DNA from: Candidatus Latescibacterota bacterium
Lineage (GTDB): Bacteria; Latescibacterota; UBA2968; UBA8231
NCBI GenBank assembly: GCA_965215195.1
Contig: CBDCDC010000002.1
Coordinates: 1,536,001-1,600,000, forward strand
Reading direction: 5' to 3'
DNA: 64,000 bases
The translations under genes and the position numbers were made by a program. The notes under the pieces were generated by a model. That model was not told the DNA's origin and searched no databases. It worked only from the letters and a program-made list of their open reading frames with translations. Position 1 is the stretch's first letter. Every line of letters starts with the position of its first letter. This document shows positions 9,609 to 18,528 of this stretch, piece by piece.

Positions 9609-10739
9609 ATGAAAATTACTGATCTGCAGGTGATGCGAATGGGGTCGGAAGGAACCAACAATTGGATGTTCGTGAAAATCGAGACCGACGCCGGCATTCA
9701 TGGCTGGGGCGAGGCGAGTTTGCAGTACAAAGACGACGCCTTGCTCGGCGAATTTGCGGCCTTCAAGCGCTTTCTGCTGGGCAAAAATCCGTTTGAGATC
9801 GAGCGGATCTGGACCTCGCTGTACCGGCGCGTGACGTGGTCGGGTGGCCCGGTGACCACGAGTGCGATCAGTGCGATTGATCTAGCGCTGTGGGACATTA
9901 AAGGCAAAGCCTTGGGCGTCCCGGTGTACGAATTATTGGGCGGCAAATCGCACGACAAAATTCGCATGTACGCCAATGGCTGGCCGCGCAAGGACAACAC
10001 GCCTGAAGGGATTGCCGAGGGTGTAAAACGGGTAGTCGATCAGGGCTATGAGGCGTTGAAGTTCTATCCTTTTAGAGGCGCACAGGTGGCCACCATCGAG
10101 CGCATTCAGCACGGCGTCGCCTTGGTGGAAGCGGTGCGCGAAGCGGCCGGGTCGCAAATCGAAATAGGAATAGACATTCGCGCACGCTTAAATATATGGA
10201 GCGCACGACGGGTGGCGCAGGAATTAGAACCCTACAACATTGCGTGGATGGAAGAGCCGATTTTGTGGGACAATCCAGCAGCACTGGCGCAATTTGCCCG
10301 CGAAGTAAATGTGCCAATTGCAACGGGTGAGCAGCTATACACTCGCTGGGACTTCCGCGCACTGTTGGAACTGAATGCAGTCGGGATTATTCAGCCGGAT
10401 ATTTGTCATGCCGGCGGCATCACCGAATTGAAGAAAATCGCCGCCATGGCCGAAACGTATTACGTGACAGTCGCCCCACACAATTCCAATGGGCCGATTT
10501 CAACAGTCGCCAGCCTGCATTTGGATCTGTGCATTCACAACAGTTTGATGCAGGAAATTTTTGTGTCGTCGATCGAGCGATACAACAAGGTGCTTACGCA
10601 ACCTATTAAAGTAATCGATGGCCACTGTGTGCCACCAGAAGGGCCGGGTTGGGGCGTAGAGTTGCGAGAGGATATTGTGGAACAACATCCGCCAAAGTCG
10701 TTTACGCCGATTGAGTCTGAACCGTATGTGGAATTTTAA
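9609..10739 (+). CDS. Mandelate racemase/muconate lactonizing family enzyme (galactonate dehydratase-like)
   Basis: FVKIETDAGIHGWGE, SAIDLALWDIKGKALGVPVYELLGG, WMEEP, IATGEQ, IIQPDICHAGG, APHN, PEGPGWGV. Confidence 0.9.
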   Translation: MKITDLQVMRMGSEGTNNWMFVKIETDAGIHGWGEASLQYKDDALLGEFAAFKRFLLGKNPFEIERIWTSLYRRVTWSGGPVTTSAISAIDLALWDIKGKALGVPVYELLGGKSHDKIRMYANGWPRKDNTPEGIAEGVKRVVDQGYEALKFYPFRGAQVATIERIQHGVALVEAVREAAGSQIEIGIDIRARLNIWSARRVAQELEPYNIAWMEEPILWDNPAALAQFAREVNVPIATGEQLYTRWDFRALLELNAVGIIQPDICHAGGITELKKIAAMAETYYVTVAPHNSNGPISTVASLHLDLCIHNSLMQEIFVSSIERYNKVLTQPIKVIDGHCVPPEGPGWGVELREDIVEQHPPKSFTPIESEPYVEF

Positions 10740-11180
10740 TTAGAGCAACTCAACCTTTTGTACACTGCATATATGGCCGAAGTCCCTGCTGTTGAATGTG
10801 AGCATTGCGTCTATACGGACGTTGGGGTCAGCAAGGATAGCGCAGAGAACGGCATCTACGAGACTCATAGCATTGCGTTGGCGTTGAGTTTTGGCCTGTG
10901 CAAGCACCTCTTCATACGCATCGAGGCGATAGGGGGAATCATCTAGCAACACGGTGTCACGAGCGCGAAGAACACTCTCGAACCGCACAATCGTCTCTGG
11001 CCTTCTAACAAACCGCGTGTTAATAGTCTCGTACAGGATTGGCCACGGGACGACAACCGAAAGGGCTTCCAGCAAGTCTTGTTTTTTGCAGGCATCGCCG
11101 TGATGCTGATCACGCGGGTTAAAAAGCGCAAAGAAGAAGCCTGAGTCCACTAAAAGCGTGTTATTAGAAGGCCCGATCAT
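10740..11180 (-). CDS. PIN-domain (VapC-like) ribonuclease
   Basis: LLVDSGFFFALFNPRDQHH, ILYET, MSLVDAV, MLTFNSRDF; conserved PIN acidic residues present. Confidence 0.8.
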   Translation of the reverse strand: MIGPSNNTLLVDSGFFFALFNPRDQHHGDACKKQDLLEALSVVVPWPILYETINTRFVRRPETIVRFESVLRARDTVLLDDSPYRLDAYEEVLAQAKTQRQRNAMSLVDAVLCAILADPNVRIDAMLTFNSRDFGHICSVQKVELL

Positions 11181-11484
11181 CGCTGTCGGCCTCGTGCATT
11201 CCGAAACCATCCCAAGGGGGGCTTTTGCGTCGGCCAATTATGAATCGGCCCTTCGTTTCCCCGTTGTCTCTATAAATAACATATATCCGCGCGCGTCTGT
11301 TCAGCGGGACCGCTTTCTCTATCTCGGCCTTGAGAGACGCAAGCACATCCCCTGCGTGGGAAAACGAGAACCACGCGACGCTATTACCGCATTCCTTTGC
11401 ATTGTGCTCATCGAGCCAAGCGTACAGGCTTTCGTAATCGCCTGTCACACCGAGGTCGTAAGACATCCAAACAATACTCTCCAT
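11164..11484 (-). CDS. Small protein with Cas2/VapD-like ferredoxin-fold signature
   Basis: AGGAG RBS; IVWMSYDLGVTGDYESLYAWL resembles the (I/V)SYDL...DY..LY N-terminus; overlaps the PIN gene start. Confidence 0.6.
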   Translation of the reverse strand: MESIVWMSYDLGVTGDYESLYAWLDEHNAKECGNSVAWFSFSHAGDVLASLKAEIEKAVPLNRRARIYVIYRDNGETKGRFIIGRRKSPPWDGFGMHEADSDDRAF

Positions 11485-11509
11485 TCGCTCACTCCTTTCG
11501 CATGGGGGC

Positions 11510-12475
11510 TTACGTTCTCGTCGCCATAATCTCGGCCGCTTCAATCTGATCCACTAGCGCAACCGAGTGAATCACGTCGCGGATGTCGGTAATCGGCTGC
11601 CGGTTTTCAACCACGCAATCGACGAAGTGCTCGTGCATGGTCAAGACCCCTTCGTAGCGGGGCACGTCGTCTTGGGGCACCCCGTCGATTTCCCAGCCGC
11701 CGAGGGTGCGGACTTGGTTGTCCTCGTGGATTTCGATTTCACTCGGAATTTTCACGTAGCAGCCAATGCCCACGCCGTGCAGCTCTGAGCGCAGCACCCG
11801 CCCGCCAGAGGCGCGGTTGCCGAGCATCACGCCGGTAGCGCGGTTGTCAAAGCGCACCAACGCGGTGTAGTGGTCGAAGCCGGTGCCGCCGAACTTGTCT
11901 TGATAGGCCGTAACTTCCACTGGCTCGCCGCCGGCCATGTAGCGCAGCAGATCGACGATGTGGATCAGGTCGTTCCACAAGGTCGTGGAGAACTCGTCTC
12001 CGCGCTGTGGAAGCTGTTTGTTGAAGGTCGTCGTCGCCAGCGACACCGGGCCTTTGGCCGCCACGATGCGCATGGCCTCGCGGGTGACGGCCGCGTAGCG
12101 GCGCTGGAGACCGACCATCACCCAGACGCCGTGGCGCTCGGCAGCCTCTAAAATCGCCCGGGTCTCGTCGCTGTTAGCCCCAGGCGGTTTTTCGATAAAC
12201 AGGTGCTTGCCGGCGGCGATGCAGTCGAGGGCCGGCCGTAGGAGCCACTGCTCGTTCATCACGCAATAGACGATGTCCGGGTCGATCTCGTCGAGCATGG
12301 CGCGGTGGTCTTGGTACGTGCGCGTAAAGCCGTACTTTGCGACCACTTGCCTGAGACGCTCCTCGTCCAATTCGCAAACCGCGGCCATTTCCACGCGGTC
12401 GGCGAGGCGATGGACCGATGGGTAGTGGGCGCTCTGACCGCGGCCCCCCGCGCCGATAAATCCCGCTTTAAGCAT
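11510..12475 (-). CDS. Gfo/Idh/MocA family oxidoreductase
   Basis: KAGFIGAGGRG, AGKHLFIEKPPG, IHIVDLLRY. Confidence 0.88.
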   Translation of the reverse strand: MLKAGFIGAGGRGQSAHYPSVHRLADRVEMAAVCELDEERLRQVVAKYGFTRTYQDHRAMLDEIDPDIVYCVMNEQWLLRPALDCIAAGKHLFIEKPPGANSDETRAILEAAERHGVWVMVGLQRRYAAVTREAMRIVAAKGPVSLATTTFNKQLPQRGDEFSTTLWNDLIHIVDLLRYMAGGEPVEVTAYQDKFGGTGFDHYTALVRFDNRATGVMLGNRASGGRVLRSELHGVGIGCYVKIPSEIEIHEDNQVRTLGGWEIDGVPQDDVPRYEGVLTMHEHFVDCVVENRQPITDIRDVIHSVALVDQIEAAEIMATRT

Positions 12476-13307
12476 GATCTTCTCCTTTTTGGCACAAAGC
12501 CGTAAAAAAGCGCACGTCAATCCGCGCCAAGTCGATGACGCTTTCCACTGGCTCGCCGCTGTACTCGCTGTGGAAGCTGACCGGGCCGGCAAAGTCCAGC
12601 CGCTGCAAGGTCGCGATCACGGCCGGCCAATCGACAAAGCCCTGCCCCATCCGCACGACGCCGGTGGCGGGCTCACCCTGCTTGGTAATGCTCAAAGAGC
12701 GCTGGCGGGCCAGATCCTTAAAAGCGACCACACACAAGTGCGAACGCACGATGTCGAGGGCCATGGCGATCGGCTCGCCGCACAGGGCCAAGTGCCCAGG
12801 GTCGGCGAAGACGCCCACGTATTGCGGGTCGCAGTCGCGGACGATGTTCATGGCGGCGCAGGCATTGAGGCCCATGGACGCGCCCGAATGATTGTGGATA
12901 GCGGTTTTGACGCCGTACTTTTCCGACAGCCCTTGAAACCCCTGCACAAAGCCGCGCACCTCGTCTAACTGCGTCCAGTAGGGCACGTCCGGCCGCCAGT
13001 GCCAGTAGCCTAACTTGACGTGAGCCACGCCGGCCGCGCCCAAAGCCGCGTAATACCTTTCCGCGTAGTCCATGTCCGGCCGGTTGAAGTCGCCCGGGGC
13101 CGTGACCAAGGGGATACAGAGGCCGGCGCTGGCAAAGCGGCACTCAGCCTCTGGCAGGGCCGTGGCTACATTGGCCGGGTTGACCGGGTAGCCGTCGCGT
13201 ACGCACAGGTCGGCCCCCTGCACGCCAATGGCCTGCAAGGCGTCGATGAGTTGCGGAACACTAAGGCCCTCTAAGTGCTTGGTAAATGCGATATACGTCA
13301 GGTTCAC
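12468..13307 (-). CDS. Sugar phosphate isomerase/epimerase (xylose isomerase-like TIM barrel)
   Basis: GTG start after AGGAG; IHNHSG, FADPGH, AFKD, MGQGFVDW, SFHSEY. Confidence 0.82.
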   Translation of the reverse strand: MNLTYIAFTKHLEGLSVPQLIDALQAIGVQGADLCVRDGYPVNPANVATALPEAECRFASAGLCIPLVTAPGDFNRPDMDYAERYYAALGAAGVAHVKLGYWHWRPDVPYWTQLDEVRGFVQGFQGLSEKYGVKTAIHNHSGASMGLNACAAMNIVRDCDPQYVGVFADPGHLALCGEPIAMALDIVRSHLCVVAFKDLARQRSLSITKQGEPATGVVRMGQGFVDWPAVIATLQRLDFAGPVSFHSEYSGEPVESVIDLARIDVRFFTALCQKGEDHA

Positions 13308-13331
13308 AATGTGCGCTCCTTTTTCATTTAG

Positions 13332-13360
13332 TTGACAAAGCGTGGTAAGGGTATCAAAAT
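13332..13360 (+). promoter_or_regulatory. Putative sigma70 promoter for the PhyH gene
   Basis: TTGACA-17 nt-CAAAAT in an AT-rich divergent intergenic region. Confidence 0.35.
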
Positions 13361-13379
13361 ACCGGCCAAGTGCCAACGA

Positions 13380-13504
13380 CTTAACTACACGACACCAATA
13401 CCTTGTCGTTGATGGGCGATGAGTCCGGGATCGAGGGCGGGACGCCCTCGACGAGGGCAAGATGCCCTCGATCCGAGGGTAAGGCCCTACTATCGTGTAC
13501 TTAG
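13380..13504. mobile_element. MITE with IS4-family (IS10 group)-like ends
   Basis: Ends CTTAACTACACGACAC and TCGTGTACTTAG; flanked by direct repeat GCCAACGA(C) at 13372 and 13505; internal GAGGGC..GCCCTC hairpins. Confidence 0.7.
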
Positions 13505-13534
13505 GCCAACGACTTAAACGGAGCCAGTCGAATT

Positions 13535-14464
13535 ATGGAAGCAGTCAAAATGGAACCCAGCCCCCCAATTGAGGTCCCCAAGCTACTCGCGCCGGCCCAA
13601 GTGCAGTCCTTTATCGACGACGGCTATCTCGTCGTGCCGGGCCTGATGGAAGAAGCCGAGCTCGGCGAACTCAAACGCGACCTCGTCAATGTGGCGCGCG
13701 GCCGCTACGAGTGCGATAACATTGAGCCGGTCGATCCCGCCCTCAGCGAGCAAGCGGTGCTGGAAAGCATCCTCTGCATCCACCAGCCACACTACGTCAG
13801 TCCGGTCATCGAAAAGTACGTCCGCCACCCCAAGATATGCGGCGTCCTGAGCCAGATCACGGCCGCGCACCTGCCCTTTTGGGACGGCAGCGTCAAGTGC
13901 ATGCAGTCCATGTACTTTGTCAAGCCGCCCAACTTCCAAGGGCAGGCTTGGCACCAAGACGAGATCTACATCCCCACGCGGGATCGCTCGCTTATTGGCG
14001 CGTGGATCGCCGTGGACGACGCCACCGTAGCCAACGGCTGCCTGTACGTCATTCCGGGGTCACACCGGCCCGGCTACCTCTACCCGCAGCGGCCCCACGA
14101 AAACCCGGACGAGTTCGACTTCGCGCCCGAGAGCTACGGCTTTGACGAGCGCGTTGAGACCCCGGTTGAAGTGGAGGCCGGTACTCTCGTGTTCTTCAAC
14201 GGCTATCTCCTCCACCGCTCGTACAAAAACCGCGGCCACACCTATCGCCGCGTCTTGGTCAACCACTACTGCAATGCTTGGAGCCTGTTGCCTTGGAGCC
14301 TTGAAGAGGGCGAGTCGCCCGCCCGCGCCGACCGGCGCAACATCGTGCCGGTGGCCGGCATCGACCCCTACGCCTGGAAGGGCTATCAAACGCCGGCCAA
14401 GTCCGTGGGGCTGCGGCACTGCAAGGCCATCGACGAGGTCCGCGCCGGCCGCGACAAGCCCTAA
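13535..14464 (+). CDS. Phytanoyl-CoA dioxygenase (PhyH) family Fe(II)/2OG dioxygenase
   Basis: FIDDGYLVV, AWHQD (HxD), AWIAVDDATVANGCLYVIPGSH, LLHRS. Confidence 0.9.
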   Translation: MEAVKMEPSPPIEVPKLLAPAQVQSFIDDGYLVVPGLMEEAELGELKRDLVNVARGRYECDNIEPVDPALSEQAVLESILCIHQPHYVSPVIEKYVRHPKICGVLSQITAAHLPFWDGSVKCMQSMYFVKPPNFQGQAWHQDEIYIPTRDRSLIGAWIAVDDATVANGCLYVIPGSHRPGYLYPQRPHENPDEFDFAPESYGFDERVETPVEVEAGTLVFFNGYLLHRSYKNRGHTYRRVLVNHYCNAWSLLPWSLEEGESPARADRRNIVPVAGIDPYAWKGYQTPAKSVGLRHCKAIDEVRAGRDKP

Positions 14465-14591
14465 CCATTGACCGCAGCGACCTTTGGATAATGGGCACGT
14501 TGGTGACCATCGCCGTCATCAAACTCTGACCGCGCACCCCACCCGCAGCCCCCGGACCATGGCTTACTGCTGCGTTCATCTGCGGATACAT

Positions 14592-15761
14592 CTAATGCGG
14601 CTCGGCCGGCAGACAAGCTCTAACCTCGTCAAAGAACGTCTTAAAGGAGCCTGTGGCGGCGCGTTCCCAACGGTCGAAGGTCGCTTGCAGCACTTCTAGC
14701 CAACGCTCTTGTGGCAGGCTTTGCACCGCTAGGCAGACGTAATAGGCATCGGTCAAGGCCAAGCCGCGCCGTCCATGCACGAGGGCTTGCTCCATGCGCT
14801 CGACCCATGGCGCCATCGCGGGCAAGGCTTCGACGCACTTGGCCTTGTGCTGGACAAAGTTGGCCAAGTGCTTGACCAAGCTCCGGCTAACGTCGTGCCG
14901 CTTGGCCGTGCCGGATACGTCGCCGAGGTCCAACTCCCCCCGGCGATACAATTCCAACAACTGTTGGGTGAGCGTGGGTTGCTTCACAGCAACGGTCGCT
15001 TGCCGAGCGTGGCGCAAGCCGCTGGTGAGGGCCGACATCTCGTGGCAGCAGTTGAGCCAGCGCACACCTTGGGCGACCACGCGGCGCATGGACGCGCCCG
15101 GGCCGACGGCCGTGCCCATGGCCTTGCCGCTGGCAGCGCAAGCGGCACCCACGCGGCTGAAGGCCGCCTGCACGCGCTCGTGGTCTATGTGGGGGACGCC
15201 GGCGCGCTCGACGCCGTAGCTGTGCGCCAAGTCGCTCGGCCCCACGAAGAGCAGGTCGATCCCTTCGACTGCGGCAATCGCTTCCACCTCCTCCACGCCC
15301 TCGGCGTCTTCGATCATCACGCCGAGCAGGGTCTCGGCATCGGCCCTTGCCATGTACTCGGCGGGGTCCAGCGTACCGTAGTGCGAATCCCGGCCACAGC
15401 CCATGCCGCGCAAGCCCAGCGGCCGGAACTTGGCCATCCGCACGAAAGCCCGCGCTTCGTCGGCGCTCTTGCAATGGGGCCAAACCAGTCCCCCGGCCCC
15501 CAACTCCAGCGGCTTAATCACTTGGTTGTACGGCCCCTTGGGGATGCGGATCACTGAATCGACCCCGGTGGCCCGCGCCGCCAAAATCAGGTGCGACAGT
15601 GCGTTCAGCCCGAGATGGGAATGCTCCATGTCGATCCAGACGCAGCCAAAGCCGGCTTGCGCCGCGAGCTCAACTACAACTGGGTCGAAGAGCCGGTTGA
15701 TTTCGACTGCCTCCACGGTCGCTCCTCCGAGCAGGGCGGCCTTGGTCTGGTTGGTTTTCAC
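14592..15761 (-). CDS. HpcH/HpaI aldolase fused to an uncharacterised ~125-aa C-terminal domain
   Basis: WIDMEHS, KFRPLGLRG, MIED..GVEEVEAIAAVEGIDLLFVGPSDL, followed by an extra helical tail. Confidence 0.82.
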   Translation of the reverse strand: MKTNQTKAALLGGATVEAVEINRLFDPVVVELAAQAGFGCVWIDMEHSHLGLNALSHLILAARATGVDSVIRIPKGPYNQVIKPLELGAGGLVWPHCKSADEARAFVRMAKFRPLGLRGMGCGRDSHYGTLDPAEYMARADAETLLGVMIEDAEGVEEVEAIAAVEGIDLLFVGPSDLAHSYGVERAGVPHIDHERVQAAFSRVGAACAASGKAMGTAVGPGASMRRVVAQGVRWLNCCHEMSALTSGLRHARQATVAVKQPTLTQQLLELYRRGELDLGDVSGTAKRHDVSRSLVKHLANFVQHKAKCVEALPAMAPWVERMEQALVHGRRGLALTDAYYVCLAVQSLPQERWLEVLQATFDRWERAATGSFKTFFDEVRACLPAEPH

Positions 15762-15963
15762 GATGCCTCCTCAAATTGTGGCAACACGTCGCGGCCAAAC
15801 TACGCGATGGTTTGCCGGATCGCCGCCGGTGGGATGCCCAGCGCCCCAGTGCCCATAGTGCCCGCCGTAAAAGTAGTAGAATCTCACGGATCGCTTTCGC
15901 AGTGCGTTTTTTCTATATTCGCCCACCTGTCAACGCCCATTGTAAAACCACAGGAGACCTGTT

Positions 15964-16695
15964 ATGGCAGCAAGTGGACCCGTTCCCACCGCCCGCGCCC
16001 AAGGCCGCGGCCCAACCATCTGGCTGGCTGGCTCGCCCGACGAACTAAAGGAGTGGATGCCCCTCGGGATCGCCGGAATCGTCACCAACACGGTGGTGCT
16101 CAACCAATACGCCAAACAATGCGGCTCGGTCATCGGCCTGATAGAGCAATACGTCGCGCTCACCGACAAGCCCATAGTGGTGGAAATCGACGGCCATTGC
16201 GTTGAAGAGCTTCTAGAAGTCGGGCGAGTTTTCACCAACTTGTCCGAGCAAATCATCCTCAAGATCCCCTGCAACGTCAACGGACTCAAGGCGTTTAGCA
16301 TCCTCAAGGACCAAGGCGTCGAGACCTTCTGCACCACGGTGTTCTCACTGACGCAAGCCGCGGCCGTCGCCCAAGCCGGGGTTGATCACATCTTGCCGTT
16401 TTGCGAGCCGGTCAAGGAAGTGGGCGGCGACCCGACCAAGCTGATTCGCGAGTGCGCCCAGATGTTCAGCGACTGGGGCCAGCGCCCCTTCATTATGGCC
16501 GCCCTCATCCGCTCGGTGGAGACCGCGCACGCGGCCTTCCGCGACGGGGCCGACGAGCTGGTCACCATGTGGACGGTGTACCGCGACATGATGGATCACC
16601 CGCTGACCGCGCAGTGGAACAAGACCTTTATGGACGAGTGGATCGACATGCACCAGAGCGGATTGTTGGCGGGAGTGCCGGTCCGCGCCCATTGA
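15964..16695 (+). CDS. Transaldolase/fructose-6-phosphate aldolase family protein (divergent)
   Basis: GIVTN, IILKIP (Schiff-base Lys), TTVFSLTQAAAVAQAG, MAALIRS, HPLT. Confidence 0.8.
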   Translation: MAASGPVPTARAQGRGPTIWLAGSPDELKEWMPLGIAGIVTNTVVLNQYAKQCGSVIGLIEQYVALTDKPIVVEIDGHCVEELLEVGRVFTNLSEQIILKIPCNVNGLKAFSILKDQGVETFCTTVFSLTQAAAVAQAGVDHILPFCEPVKEVGGDPTKLIRECAQMFSDWGQRPFIMAALIRSVETAHAAFRDGADELVTMWTVYRDMMDHPLTAQWNKTFMDEWIDMHQSGLLAGVPVRAH

Positions 16696-16708
16696 CCGCG
16701 ACGCGCCT

Positions 16709-17494
16709 TCACCCGCGCTCAGCCGGGATCTGGCGCAGCAGTTCGCTCCAAGCCGCGCCCAGATCCATCACGTCCCCGCCGCAAATTACCAAGTCGCAAC
16801 CCGCGTCCATGGCGGCCGTAAGCAGTGGCCCCGGCAAGGTGAAGATGCCGCTCAGCTTGCCGGCGGCCCGCGCCTTGGCCAAACACGAGAGCACGGCCTC
16901 GCGCAGACCGGGATCGCCCATCTGGCCGGTGCAGCCCATGCTGACGGCCAAATCGCTCGGCCCCATGAAGATCCCAGCGAGGCCCTCCACAGCCACTATT
17001 TCATCGACATTCGCCACGGCCTCCACAGTCTCAATCTGCACAAAGAGATGGGTGCGCGCATTGGCGCGGGCTAGGGCCTCGTGCAGGTTTTCCAGCCCAA
17101 AACCCATGCCGCGCGTGCGCACGTTGAAGCCGCGCCGACCCAACGGCGGGTACTTGCCCACCTCGACGATGCGGCGCGCGTACTCCGCATCGTCCACCAT
17201 CGGGACGAGCACGATCCGCGCCCCGATTTCGAGTGCCCGCAGCACGTGGTGGCGCTCGCCATCGGGCAGGCGAATGAGGGGGAAAATGCCGCCGGCCTCC
17301 GCAGCCAAGCACAAGGTCTCGGCCCGCTCAAAGCCGACCGGGCCGTGTTCGCTTTCGATCCACACCGCTTCAAAACCGACCTGCGCCGCCAGCGAGACGA
17401 GCAGGGGCGAGGCGCTGTTGACGGTGACGCCGCGGACCCGGCGCGGGCGACCGGCCCGATCTAAGAATACGTCGTCGGTGATTTTTAAGGTCAT
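16709..17494 (-). CDS. HpcH/HpaI aldolase family protein
   Basis: WIESEHG, KYPPLGRRG, VQIETVEAVANVDEIVAVEG, FMGPSDL. Confidence 0.9.
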   Translation of the reverse strand: MTLKITDDVFLDRAGRPRRVRGVTVNSASPLLVSLAAQVGFEAVWIESEHGPVGFERAETLCLAAEAGGIFPLIRLPDGERHHVLRALEIGARIVLVPMVDDAEYARRIVEVGKYPPLGRRGFNVRTRGMGFGLENLHEALARANARTHLFVQIETVEAVANVDEIVAVEGLAGIFMGPSDLAVSMGCTGQMGDPGLREAVLSCLAKARAAGKLSGIFTLPGPLLTAAMDAGCDLVICGGDVMDLGAAWSELLRQIPAERG

Positions 17495-17623
17495 AAGAGC
17501 CGTTTCTCTTGTTTGAAGTCGCCTCAATATAGGGCTATTTTCCCGGCCTCCCAATGCGAATAGCTAAAGCGACCTGTCCCCGCGCCGTTCCACGGATGAG
17601 TACTAACCAATGGTGCTAGTGGG

Positions 17624-18056
17624 CTACAAGCTCAAGCCCAGCTTGCCGACGACGATCCAGCGGGGATTGGACCGCCCTTTTCGACCCACCTGCTTCGGCG
17701 GACGCCCCTCCCAGAGCGGATGGATCAACTCGATGCCATAGCTATCGATCACGCCTAAGGAGGTGGGGTCCGCTCGAAAGCGATCGGTCCAGTCTGCATG
17801 GGCGGCAAACAGGCGAAACAAGCGGGTGCGGTCAGGCAGGCGCGGAAAAAAGGCGAGCCAATCGCGCGCTAACCAGCGCTTCACCGCGCCTTTAGGCGTG
17901 ACTAAAACGCCCGTTTGCCGCCGCCTTTGAGCGCATACAGAACCGTTAGGGCCACCGTTTCGCTAGGATATAAGGCGGCTTGGGGGGTTGGGGCACATCG
18001 CCCATCGGGTTGTCGATCCGAGAGAACAGGGCTATTATAAACTCGGCCGGGGTCAT
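17624..18056 (-). pseudogene. Transposase pseudogene (IS982-like), frameshifted and truncated
   Basis: MTPAEFIIALF...(frameshift)ALYPSETVALTVLYALKGGGKRAF[insertion]RWLARDWLAFFPRLPDRTRLFRLF...VIDSYGIELIHP...GRKGRSN.RWIV.GKL. Confidence 0.75.
17879..17902. repeat. 24-nt REP-like element inserted in the transposase remnant
   Basis: CTTCACCGCGCCTTTAGGCGTGAC interrupts the RAF(Y)RWL coding sequence after a TA. Confidence 0.65.
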
Positions 18057-18528
18057 GGGACGCTCCTTCGCTGGAAGGTGGGCAAACCTCAGCGTAGGAA
18101 CTACCTTGACCACGGTCAACTCACTAGCACCATTGGTTGAAATTTCAAATATCCCTTGATTTGTTCACTCAGCGACCATAGGATACAAGGCCGTGAGATG
18201 TTGTGTCTGTCTGTTGCGCTCATCGTAAAGCGCGTGGCGCACCGAATACACCACCGATTCTCGACCTGCTAAAAAATGTTACGTAAGTCATTAAAAAAAC
18301 AATAACTTACCCCCCCCCCTCGAAATTCTGCTCAAGTGCTCAAGCGCTAGATTCCCTACTGCTCAAGCACTGGCGACGGTTCCCAAGCGGCCGTTTGGCG
18401 ATCCGTCCCACCCCGCGCCGCATGTTGCCCATGCGGCCTTCGTCTGTACGCCGTGACCGTCGTCCGCCATGGCGGCCGGTTCCGGTTCCTCTCTATCCAC
18501 CCCTTTATTTCGTAGAAGGAGGCAAACA

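Larger units (their letters stand above)
17605..18138 (-). mobile_element. Internally deleted IS982-like insertion sequence remnant
   Basis: Perfect 17-bp TIR AACCAATGGTGCTAGTG (17605-17621 / 18122-18138) enclosing a broken DDE transposase. Confidence 0.75.

Noticed and set aside
13380-13504. Clustered GAGGGC/GCCCTC palindromes as a possible CRISPR array
   Set aside because: No regular repeat-spacer periodicity and no cas operon; explained as a MITE interior.
16401-17516. 371-aa plus-strand ORF
   Set aside because: Out-of-frame and antisense overlap with the transaldolase-like and HpcH genes.
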